Positions 28,441 through 39,209 of a DNA stretch of 64,000 nucleotides are shown piece by piece. The stretch is from Octopus vulgaris (Eukaryota). The notes below the pieces were generated by a model. It saw nothing but the letters and a program-made list of their open reading frames with translations, was not told the DNA's origin and did not search any database. Positions within the stretch are counted from its first letter, which is position 1. Each line of letters opens with the position of its first letter. A program made the position numbers and the translations under genes. The stretch spans positions 9,734,001 through 9,798,000 of the forward strand of contig OX597831.1 of the NCBI GenBank assembly GCA_951406725.2, given 5' to 3'.

Positions 28441-29668
28441 TTAGTGGCAGCAATGTGGGGAATTGGTGCACTGGGGTAATAGCATAGGATGGTGTTGAGT
28501 GATGGCTAGAATGTTTTTGTGTATCTCTTTTGCCATGTTCAACATGGCTAAAAGAATTTTCCTGCTTAGGGAGCAGTTTTTGGCTGGAGGTGTGGTTGCA
28601 CTGTTGGATAGGGTTGTAGTTTCCACTTTTGTTGTTGTTGTTTTTGTGTCTTCCTGAAAAGACTGGACCAGCATTACTGCAGCATGGTGTGTTTCTATTT
28701 TTATTGTTATTCAGGTTTGTGTGTTGGCTTGAGGCCCCGTTTCTGTTTGTGCGTCGGGTCCCTGGAAGATGAGTGAAGGGACAGTCACTCAGTAGACATG
28801 TTCTCTCACGTTGGGAATACCGGCAGATTTTGGGACTCCGAGTTGTGTGTGTTTTGAATTTCGATTTACTATTTGGTGGTGTTGATGTTATTGTGGGATG
28901 CGTGCTTTGGCCTTGGCCGGTAGTGCGTCTAGTGCCGGGTAGATGCGTGAAGATGCAGTCACTATTTGTGCAGAGTCTCTGGCGCAGTGAATAGCGGCAT
29001 ATTTGGGGATTTCTTGTTTGTGCCGTGGGGGGCGCATTCTGCTTCCTATGTTTCTTTAAGTTTTTGTTACTGCAGTAGTATTGAGGTGGTGATGTGGGGG
29101 AAGAGGGCAGTGGTTTCTTATTTGGTTTTCTGTCGGTATTTTTGGTGATAGAAGACGATGGTGGCAGCGGTGGTGATGATGATGATGATAATTGTGGTGG
29201 TTGCTGTGAGAGCGGTGAAAAGATACTGGCATTTAGTGAATCGTCTAGTAAGCTAGAGTTTAGGAGTGGCTGTTGTTGTTCTTGTTGCTGTGGCTGTTGT
29301 TGTTGTTGTTGTGCCTGACCGATGTCAGGGTCAGCCATTGTGCTGGGAACCAGGAGTGGCTCATTCTGTTGTTGTTGTTGTTGTGGCTGCTGATTTTCTA
29401 GCTGTTGTTGTTCTTGAACTGTGAAAATATGTAGAAGCTTTTCATAATGGCCTCTTATCAGTTTGAAAGATACTTCGATATGTTTCAACTTGCTACGAAT
29501 CTGTTTGACGGATCGTGTGTTGACCACTTGTGATGTTTTTTCGGCAATCTCATTCAAACACAAGACATTTAGATTTTCTGTTTGGGAAAGAGAGAGCCAT
29601 GTGTTTATTAAAACATCAATTTCGTTATCAGACCAATTTCGTCTGTTGCAGGCCTGCAAGTTAGTCAT
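28313..29668 (-). CDS. LINE ORF1: N-terminal Myb/SANT(trihelix)-like domain, polyQ/Ser-Pro linker, two CCCH zinc fingers
   Basis: 451-aa ORF upstream of ORF2; WSDNEIDVLINTW...EIAEK...RSVKQIRSKLKHI; two C-x8-C-x4-C-x3-H units, each followed by LPGTRRT. The true C-terminus is uncertain. Confidence 0.8.
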   Translation of the reverse strand: MTNLQACNRRNWSDNEIDVLINTWLSLSQTENLNVLCLNEIAEKTSQVVNTRSVKQIRSKLKHIEVSFKLIRGHYEKLLHIFTVQEQQQLENQQPQQQQQQNEPLLVPSTMADPDIGQAQQQQQQPQQQEQQQPLLNSSLLDDSLNASIFSPLSQQPPQLSSSSSPPLPPSSSITKNTDRKPNKKPLPSSPTSPPQYYCSNKNLKKHRKQNAPPTAQTRNPQICRYSLRQRLCTNSDCIFTHLPGTRRTTGQGQSTHPTITSTPPNSKSKFKTHTTRSPKICRYSQRERTCLLSDCPFTHLPGTRRTNRNGASSQHTNLNNNKNRNTPCCSNAGPVFSGRHKNNNNKSGNYNPIQQCNHTSSQKLLPKQENSFSHVEHGKRDTQKHSSHHSTPSYAITPVHQFPTLLPLTHKKSKPPATVKTSHYTNLHIPTQCTRCQPFHQCTKMEGPIH

Positions 29669-30132
29669 GTTTGTTTTTCTTTTGTTTGTTTTCCTTTTGA
29701 TTTTTCAAAAATATATATATTCTTTCTTGGGAGTTAAAGAAGTGTATATATATATAAATGTTCTCTCTTAAGGGTGTGAGTTTTTGATTATTTGGTTGTT
29801 TGAGGATATTAAAAGAAAAACAGTTGTATATAACAATGTGTAGTTAAATGAAAACGTACTTACGGGTTTGTAGGCAAACACGTGGTTACAAATATATATA
29901 TATTTAAGGTCAGTTAGATTTGAAGCTGTGTAGCTTGCTACTGACTTGGGAGAGAAACAAATAGACGTCCGTCCACTTCAACAGTTAATATATACACACA
30001 TGTATATACACACATGTATATGTATATATATATATATATGTATATACGTATATATATATGTATATGTGTATATATATGTATATATATATGCATATATATG
30101 TATATATATATATGTATATGCGTATATATATA

Positions 30133-30206
<74 letters not shown>

Positions 30207-30257
30207 GTGTATATGTGTGTATATATATGTATATATATATGTGTATATATATATATA

Positions 30258-30295
<38 letters not shown>

Positions 30296-30302
<7 letters not shown>

Positions 30303-30487
30303 GCATTTTTTTCTCTCTCTTCTTTCTGTGTTTTTTTTCTCTCTGTGTATCTTTCTGTTGAAGAGCGTAGGCTCGAAACGATAAAGACTGGTTTTATTTA
30401 TATTTCCTGAGCGCCATACTAATACAATTGTTTGTTTGTTTCCACCTGCCTTCGTCTTTTGTCTATTTTCATAAAGCTTTCCCTTAT
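30296..30487 (+). mobile_element. Short Penelope-like repeat with variant hammerhead motif (30350-30387)
   Basis: TCTTT-CTGTTGA-AGAGCGTAGGCTC-GAAACG-AT-AAAGA; second copy at 21403-21568. Confidence 0.6.
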
Positions 30488-30507
30488 ATATATATATATA
30501 TATACAG

Positions 30508-30554
<47 letters not shown>

Positions 30555-30555
<1 letters not shown>

Positions 30556-30726
30556 GGCGCATGCCTGGTTGGCTGGTAAGAAGCTTCCTTCCCAACTATA
30601 TGGTTCTGGGTTCAGTCCCACTGCGTGACATCTTGGGAAGGTGGCTTCTACTATAGCCTGACGCCAACCAAATACTTCTAAGTGGATTTGGTAGACGGAA
30701 ACTGAAAGAAGCTCGTCGTATATATG

Positions 30727-30758
<32 letters not shown>

Positions 30759-30950
30759 CGTGTGTGTGCGTGTGTGTCTGTGTTTGTACTTACGTTTCTG
30801 TGAGTTAGCGGTTCGGCATAACAAACCGACTGAATAAGTACCAGACTTATACAAATTAAATAATGCGGTTGATATATTTGACTAAAATTTCTTCAAGGTC
30901 GTACCGCAGAATGGCCGCAGTCTAATGATCGAAACAAAAGATAGAAGATA
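30555..30950 (+). mobile_element. SINE family A, older diverged copy
   Basis: Diverged head, body and tail still alignable. Confidence 0.8.
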
Positions 30951-31208
30951 AAACACAGACACACACACATATATACATATCTATCTGTATGTGTATACAT
31001 AAATACAGAGATGGAAAATGCTGTATGCATACATACATATATATATATATATATACATACACACACACACAATCTTTGAGGTCTGGTGAATTCGTATTTT
31101 CCTCCTTACATACCTACATCTACATACCATTAGATTGATAAATTAATAGACGCAATTACACATAAATTTTAGAAAAAATCGTTCAAATATCTTTATAAAT
31201 AAAGTTGG

Positions 31209-31241
<33 letters not shown>

Positions 31242-31690
31242 CAAATGTTTATACATGCATGTGAGTGTGGTAGACAGAGAGAGATAGGGAGGGAGAGAGG
31301 GTGATAGATAGAATGTATGAGTTTATGTACATGCATATATATATATATATACTATATGTACAAGTTAGGCGAGTGTATGTGTGAATATATGTATGTACCT
31401 GGTGTGAAATAACGATTTTTCTTCTGGCTGGAAGCAGGTAAGTGCAATGAAGTTATGCAAGTACAGTAATCGAAGAAGTGTGAAGATATATATTCCAAGA
31501 TTACGTTGACAGAGAAATGTGGAGACTAACATAGCGATGAATGATTGTAGTCGAGCAAAACGACCTTGGTACATATTTGTTTAAAATCTGGGACACATTC
31601 TGTAAGTCACTTTTGCTGACCCCTCAAGTTACTGGACTTAAATTTATATTGCTTGTCTAGCAGTGAGTGAATTCAAACACATACGTTATT

Positions 31691-31750
<60 letters not shown>

Positions 31751-33232
31751 ACATTTGTAAGGGCTGTCTGTTGACCAAGGTTTCTCACACTATATTAGTC
31801 TATAGTGGAAATAACTTATCGGAAACACTTGTCTAGGGGCTAAGTTCTTAAAACACAAAGGTGTATCAGTTGCGTATTCACCTATAACAATTTGCCTCTA
31901 ATACATTCTTGCTTTCATAATTATTAAATTCAAGGAAACCAACAAATATAAACGGCATAAATTTGACACGCAAAATTTGAATGTCTGTTATCTCTTGCAG
32001 CATACATGCACTCGTTACAGCTTCTTTTTACGTACACGATTAGTTATCCGATCAAAGAAAAGGAACGTGGGTTGGCAGCAGCGGTTAATCTCATCTGCTT
32101 CAGTGACAGCTTAGAATTTCCTCGAAAAAGGAATGGTAAAATAATAAAGAATATTGAACTGGTGCCGATTCCTGTGACGCTACACCATTTTCAAACATTG
32201 TCTTTTGCATAATGAAAAGAAATAGATATTTATTTTGCGTAATTTGTTTTGGAACAATGCCATTGCGTTGATGATGCACACGTGACATGGTTTCAAGTTA
32301 GCTTGCATTGATTCTAAAGCTATCTTAATTATTTAATATATACACGTCAATACTGGTACAACCCATAGAGGAAACGATTTAATCTTGCAAAAGAAATTAT
32401 ATTTAAACTTGTTGTAAGCATGCAACGCTGACTACATTAAACCCGGTGAGATTTAAGCAGGATCAAAATTGCAATGATTTTGTTGTTGTCTGAATCACAG
32501 GGATTTAATTCTCACTGTGATTTAATACATAACGATCTCTAATACATTCCTGCAAACACTATTCTATACACATATATACACTCATACACACACTGGCATA
32601 CTCTAGTGTTAACTTCAAAATCTTACAAATTTTGAATCATCGAATTAGTTGTAAAATGTATTTCCCCGTGGGCCTGGTGTGGAAACGTATGTGCCATTAC
32701 TTGCTTCTAATTTTCAATGTTTACAATGTGTAATATAACAACTTCCTGTTTCTCAAACATACCTGTTGCATGCAAATAATATCGTCGGATAATCTCATAC
32801 GCATCCCTTGAAAAATAACTGAACGAAAGAATGTCAGTGACATCATCGGATAGTTATGTTATTAAATGGATCCCTTCAGCGATAACCGAAATATAAAATG
32901 CAATTACGAGCTCCAAAATCTTGGATCTATACGTATCCTAAAGATTTTGTCCTTGTGGCCGTTGTTGGAAAGACCATTGCCAGACCTGTTCCAGAAGACT
33001 CATAATCATCTTGCTTTTATACTTGACATAGAATACTTAAACGCATGGTATACTTAAACTGATAGAGTCGTTAGAAATTTATATAGAATACCTAGAGACA
33101 CTGTCCCTCTCTCTTGGCTCAAAGTCTGAGATCAAATCTTGCTAAGGTTATACTTTCAGAGTCGATAGAAAAATATCCAGTTTTAGGATCTTAGATTGTG
33201 TGAAGGGTTATAAGGTGAGGGAGGTGCCTTAA

Positions 33233-33454
33233 CCCTTTCATTACTCTATTTATTCTGAGACGCTCTGTGTCCTTTTCAATTAATTTTAAATATAACTAAG
33301 AATTTAGTAAAAAAACCTAGTTATCATTCAGCTAGTGTTAGGAACTTAAATTGTGACTAAGGTTTCGTGGAAGATTTTTATTCGAAACTTATGAAAACAA
33401 GACATTTGTACTACAGAGCCAGAGCCGGTTTCAGCCGGGTTGGTAACGGAAGGT
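33233..33454. mobile_element. piggyBac-type MITE
   Basis: TTAA|CCCTTTCATTAC ... GTAACGGAAGG imperfect terminal inverted repeats; the right-hand TTAA is decayed. Confidence 0.55.
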
Positions 33455-34029
33455 ATTTAGACTCGGTGTGTTCTGACAGCAATGACTGCCACAATGCTGG
33501 TCTTCGTCGTCTGTATCGACTGATATGGCTTAGTTGATCTTTTCCTGGAACAACATTGGTAGCGTGAAGAGAAGAACCTTGGGTGCAGAGATGACTACCA
33601 GTCTTCCGCAAAATACTGTGTCTCTGCCTGTGCGTAACATGTAGAAAAACGTGAATAGATGTGCTCTTGAATTATATGTAGGGGTACGCTATATAATGTA
33701 TCTCCTTATTCCGTCTTTTGAAGACAGTAAAATGTTTTTTGAGGGTGATTCAAGTAGTTTATCTACAAGTCGAACGACCATGAGATATTTCCTTCCTTCT
33801 AGTTTGATATTCTACGGTGACAGTGTATAAAAATCTGTATTCATATAATTATTCAGACGAGGGAAATGGCAGAAATATTTTGAGAATATAAATTGGAATA
33901 TACACGCATCTTATTCAAGAAGAGATTTTATCTATAATCGCATCAGGGAATAGAAACTCAGGTTCCCTGCAGGATTTTGATAAAGATATTTACATTTCAA
34001 TTATTTCGCACAAAAGCACAATTTCAACG

Positions 34030-34330
34030 ACCAGAGATTGTCTATTGTAGACTAAATCTGTACATATAAAGTTAAATTAGAGCAACACTGCGATACAGAG
34101 AAAATTATTATTATTTCATATCAATTGGGTCAACTTCCTTCACCATTATTCCCAAAGGTATCGAAAACAATTAACTACTCTGGACACGTTCAAACGTCAT
34201 CTTGACAAATTCTTACAAACCATTCCAGACAGGCCGTCTACAACAATTCCCTGCTTTAGGCTCAATACGAGACATTAAAATCACTTAAAAATATCATTAA
34301 TTAATTAGGTAGAGCTATTTAAATTAAATA
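34030..34330 (+). mobile_element. Decayed 3' fragment of a CR1-group LINE related to 25353-29987
   Basis: FISIGSTSFTIIPK...FKRHLDKFLQTIPDRP..NNSL and AGGTAGAGCTATTTAAATT parallel the 3' end of the large LINE. Confidence 0.65.
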
Positions 34331-34731
34331 TCGCTTTATTCACCGCCGGCTGAATCTTATCTGAAGTATATATATATATTTAATCGGACAAACACGGGCC
34401 CACATATATATACACAAACACAAATATGTATGTTAGTATGCATGTATGGGTGTATATATTTGTATATGTGTACGTATGAATACACACATGAATATATATC
34501 TGTGTGTGTGTGTGTGGGGGTGTGTATCGCTTGTTTCGTGACAAGAGATTTTGCGATTAGTTCCGCGATATTTACGTAAAGATTGCGGTCTATTAGTTAT
34601 GTTTGCAGAAGTAATATCATTATGAAGGCGGTGAACTGGCAGAATTGTTCGAATGCCGGACAAAATGCTTAACGTCTTTATGTTCCGAGCTACGTTCCGG
34701 TGAGGTCGACTTTTTGTCTTTTAAATTTCGA

Positions 34732-35139
34732 TACTCTCTTTACTGTTTACTCTTTTACTTGTTTCAGTAATTTGACTGCGGCCATGCTGGAGCACCGCCT
34801 TTAGTCGAGCAAATCGACCCCGGGACTTATTCTTTGTAAGCCCAGTACTTATTCTATCGGTTTCTTTTGCCGAACCGCTAAGTGATGGGGACGTAAACAC
34901 ACCAGCATCGGTTGTCAAGCAATGCTAGGTGGACAAAAACACACACAAACAAACACACATACACATATATATATATACATATATACGACAGGCTTCTTTC
35001 AGTTTCCGTCTACCAAATCCACCCACAAGGCATTGGTCGGCCCGGGGCTGTAGCAGAAGACACTTACCGAAGATGCCACGCAGTGGGACTGAACCTGGAA
35101 GCATGTGGCCGGTTAGAAAGTTACTTACCACACAGCCAC
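34732..35139 (-). mobile_element. SINE family A
   Basis: Aligns to the other copies; a family B head fragment lies just before it (34626-34720). Confidence 0.9.
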
Positions 35140-35272
35140 AAAAAAATAGCACTGAATATTGGAGCGATGCAATAAATTTCCCCTACACATAACTACTGGC
35201 CCCTTGCCAGAATCTGAAATTCGGTTCTTCTTCTCATTATTATTACTGTTTTTCTTGTTGTTGTTGTTGTTA

Positions 35273-35408
35273 AGGTGGTGAGCTGGCAGAATCGTTAGCG
35301 CGCTGGGCGAAATGCTTAGCGTTATTTCGCCCGTCGCTACGTTCTGTGTTCAAAATTCCGCCGAGGTTGACTTTGCCTTTCAACCTTCCGGAGTCGATAA
35401 AATAAGAA
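35273..35408 (+). mobile_element. SINE family B, 5' part
   Basis: Head plus first Nin/Deu-like core. Confidence 0.85.
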
Positions 35409-35499
35409 TTGCTAGCCCAAGGGCAGCAATTCTTATTTGAAACCACCATCATCATCATCATCGTCATCTTCATCGTCATCGTTATCGTCGTCGTCGTCG

Positions 35500-35555
<56 letters not shown>

Positions 35556-35561
35556 ATTATC

Positions 35562-35600
<39 letters not shown>

Positions 35601-35951
35601 TTGGCTGCAGAGTTGTAAATAGTTGTTTTCGAAGACGCTGCGTGGCACTGTTAGAGATATAGTTTTCACCTGTTTGTTATTGTTGTGTTTTCAAATTTAT
35701 TGTTAAGGACACCAGAAATCTCATGATTGGGATATTGTGCTTGGTTTTGTCCCTTACGGCGCAATATTTTGCCTTCATAAATCCCCCATCTCGTTTTAGA
35801 AATATAATTCAAACATACATACAAGATGGCGTCATTAACTGCCAGCTTTGGAACATTGAGAGGAAGAAGCATTCCTCTCACCAGCTCTTCCTCAGACAAA
35901 GACTTTCCTCCCCTTGAAAACTGTGAGATGAAAGGTGACGGCAGCGGCAGT

Positions 35952-36320
35952 GGAGGCGCAGTGGCCCAGTGGTTAGGGCAGCGGACTCGCGGTCGGAGGC
36001 TCACGGTTTCGATTCTCAGACCGGGCGTTGTGTGTGTTTATTGAGCGAAAACACCTAAAGCTCCACGAGGCTCCGTTGGGGTTGGTGGCGACCCCTGTTG
36101 TACTTTTTCGCTCCAACTTTCTCTCACTCTTTCTTCCTGTTTCTTGTCCCCGACTTCCTACGCAACCGCTGAGCCTGGATGCGCATTCATCCATCCGTCG
36201 ATGCTCTCGGTGTCGGGGGTTGACCTGCTTTCTCTTCTGCGGGTCTTATGAATAGTAAAGGACCACGTTTCGGACTTCTCCCACTAATGGGACGAAGACC
36301 GCTTCGCTCAACAAACAAAC
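35952..36320 (+). mobile_element. SINE family C
   Basis: Matches 13533-13905; AAC-rich tail. Confidence 0.9.
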
Positions 36321-36937
36321 AAGCAGCGGCAACAAGAACAACAATAACGACGACGACAACAACAACAACAAGAAAAACTTGAACAGTGAAATGACGCGTG
36401 AAATCAGCAGCAGCAGCATCATCACCACTACTGCCACCACCGTCACTAGCAGTAGCAGCAGGAAGTCAAGCAGGGGACATAGTAAGAACAGGAGAGAGAG
36501 AGCAACAGTGACCCCTTTCCCCACCAACACCACATCCACTACAACAACAAAACAATATTGAAATCAAAATATAGAGGGAGACGGTGAACGAGAAGAGCAA
36601 GTCAAATGACTTTAATGAAACCCGTGAGAATCCTGAAGACACCAACAATAACAGCAATAGTTTTTTTTCTGACGTGGATAGCACCAAAAACGAAATGTTT
36701 TCACTAACCCTGGATAGGAAAATCCCAAAACTGGCTGAACCCAAAATAACAATTAAATATGAGGGAAGTAAAGCAGCGGTACTTGTGCGTTGGGAAATAA
36801 TTCAAGAGCGTGGAAAACGGATGTGTATTATAGGAGTGTATCCCGAAAGAGCAGAAGAGCCGAACCGGCCAGGGTGGCTCAGGTGAGGATCTTGAAAGAC
36901 GTCTTGGACAATGTGACTCAAGTGCAGAGAGAAAGAC

Positions 36938-37181
36938 AGTGAAAGGTAGAAGAGTCCAGTTTGCTGGACATTGTTGTAGAGCGAGGTAATTTCTACTGTT
37001 CTCCTCTGGAAGCCACCTGCTCGCGATACCAGAGAGCGCACACTCTCCTATCCTGATGTAATCTCCAGGGATACAGGCATCCAGTAACAGGACCTACGTA
37101 ATGCTAAGAAAGACCGTGAATTCTGGCGTAACATAGTAAATTCCATTGTCTCGACCACGGTCGAACAATGATGATGATGAG
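36938..37181 (+). mobile_element. RTE-type LINE 3' fragment with (TGA)n tail
   Basis: VKGRRVQFAGHCCRA...VLLWKP...LSYPDVISRDTG...KDREFWRNIV...EQ* followed by TGATGATGATGA. Confidence 0.75.
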
Positions 37182-37184
37182 AGA

Positions 37185-37360
37185 GCAATGCATACATGGA
37201 CATGTCCTGGAGTGGTCCTGGGAGTAGGGTCGCCTGCTTAACAACCTCGGGTCAATAGCTATGGATGTGACAGCCGTCAGCGAAACCAAGAAATCCGACA
37301 CACGCGATCTAGACCACACTTCCGACAATTTCGAGATCTAGGCATCCCTTAATCAGCTGG
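37185..37360 (+). mobile_element. Possible L1/Tx1-type AP-endonuclease N-terminal remnant; 36584-36886 may be its decayed ORF1
   Basis: GRLLNNLGSIAMDVTAVSETK resembles the D-x-x-x-(V/L)-(S/Q)-E-T APE motif II. Confidence 0.4.
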
Positions 37361-38583
37361 AATTGGTAGGACTGGAATTAATCGGCTGGGATTGGAATTT
37401 CTGTTCAAAGTTGGTTAAAGCGGCGCAGATGGCCCCTGTGAATGAGCTTACTCTAACCATTCGCTTGTAAACCGGAAGAGATGTGAAAGTGAGGTACCTT
37501 CTGAGGTACACTTCGCGGTCAGAATATCCAGGAAGTGTGTGGATTTTTCGGTTGTGCCTAGGATGAACTCCGCCTTTTGTGGAATTTTATTGCGTAATGT
37601 TATTTTTAATAGTTTTTTTACACGACGTTGTATGCTTCGAAGAATTATATTAATAAAACAAAAATGATTATTTTGGAGAGATTATCGATATTATTTCTGA
37701 AGGTAAACTTGAAAACCAAGAATTCTACAATGACAGTTCTTGTATTAATTTTTTGTTTCAGTTTGTTCGAGTCGCAAAACATTTTGATAACTGAGTGTAC
37801 GTTAAGTTAGAAGAGAACAAAATCTTGTATTTGCTAACAGACATTTCGGATACGAATAGACCATGAAACTAATGTCTACCAAACGTCTAATCCGTGAAGA
37901 GCCAGTTATATAGGAAGAACAAAAATTAATATTCTGATAGCAGCTCTCGTAAAAGATGGTGAAAAATCTAACACGCATGTATCTAGCTTCAGAGATGGAA
38001 GTATAAAAAAAAAAAGGAAAAAAAGAAACCTGCTTTATCGTATGCAGATTCTAAAGCTACAATAAGATTAAAGTGAAAAAACAAGAAAAAAAAACGATAT
38101 ATTTATGAAAACGAAAATTATTCATGAAAGAATGAGCTATTCCCTATGTACCTTTGTAATATTTGGAATAGGTATGATAGTGGGAAGGAAAAAATAAAAT
38201 GCGTAGAGTTGTGTAGAGATAACAATTTATTCGTTACTGCGAGTATTTTGATACTGCATCCGAAATTAAAATAGCTAATATGTGGAGGTAATTCCCGCGT
38301 GAGTCAGAGCTCAAAATTAAGGGAGGAGAGAAAACTTATGAATTTATTAGATCTCCTTTGTTACTCATCCACTGGAAACAAACTTGCATATATTTTCACC
38401 TAATGAATATCTGAATACTGAATCTTCAAAACAAAATTTCCAGCAATAATTCAATATAAAAGCTTGTATTTAGTCACACAGTATGTTAGAAACAGCAGTC
38501 AAATCCAATTAATTTTATTTGTATTGCGTAATTATAGTTGCTCTCTTTGTAATATTTGATGTTGTTGTTTATATTGTTTCTGT

Positions 38584-38963
38584 GGAGGCGCAATGGTCCA
38601 GTGGTTAGGGCAGTGGACTTGCGGTCGTAGAATCGTGTTTTCGATTCCCGGACCGGACGTTGTGAGTGTTTACTGAGCGAAAACACCTAAAGCGCCACCT
38701 GGCTCCGGCAGGTTTTGGTGGCTAAACTTGCTGTACTCTTTCACCACAACTTTCTGTCATTCTTTCTTCCTGTTTCTGTTGTACCTGTATTTCAAAGAGA
38801 CAGCCTTGTCACAATCTGTGTCACGCTGAATCTCTCCGAGAATTACGTTAAGGGTACACGTATCTGTGGAGCACCCAACCACTTGCACGTTAATCTCACG
38901 ATCAGTCTGTTCCGTTGATCAGATCAAATGGAACCATCGTCGTCGCAACCGATGGAGTGCCAC
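38584..38963 (+). mobile_element. SINE family C variant (same head, different 3' half)
   Basis: First ~190 bp match 35952 onward; diverges after CTTCCTGTTTC. Confidence 0.8.
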
Positions 38964-39209
38964 GAAGAAGATATCGCTTCTGTTATTAACGTTGTTGCTG
39001 TTTCTGTTGTTGATTTTATTGTAATTTGCCTTGTACATATTCTCGATATTGTCTTTCTTGCTCTTGTTGTTCGAGTCGAAAGATAAAAGGCAGCGTTGAC
39101 CTCGGCTCAACCTAATTTGAATTAAAAACGTAAACCATCCAGGATCTAACAAACTAAAAGTATTTTTTCCGGACAATCCAACGCATTAACCGGATCGTCG
39201 TTTTCATTA

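Larger units (their letters stand above)
25353..29987 (-). mobile_element. Near full-length CR1-group LINE (5'UTR, ORF1, APE-RT ORF2, short 3'UTR, (ATCAAAGT)2 tail)
   Basis: See ORF1 and ORF2 entries; both ends abut TA-rich microsatellite, so target-site duplications cannot be resolved. Confidence 0.93.

Noticed and set aside
25438-28674. All three in-frame stops in the LINE ORF2 frame are TAA followed by C while both ORFs end in TGA, suggesting a TAA=Gln code or RNA-editing rescue
   Set aside because: Gln is otherwise encoded by many CAA/CAG codons, so simple point mutation is enough. A-to-I editing of UAA would give Trp, not the Gln needed in QHGFR.
35952-36025. tRNA gene
   Set aside because: The tRNA-like head runs into a repeated SINE body with no complete acceptor stem.
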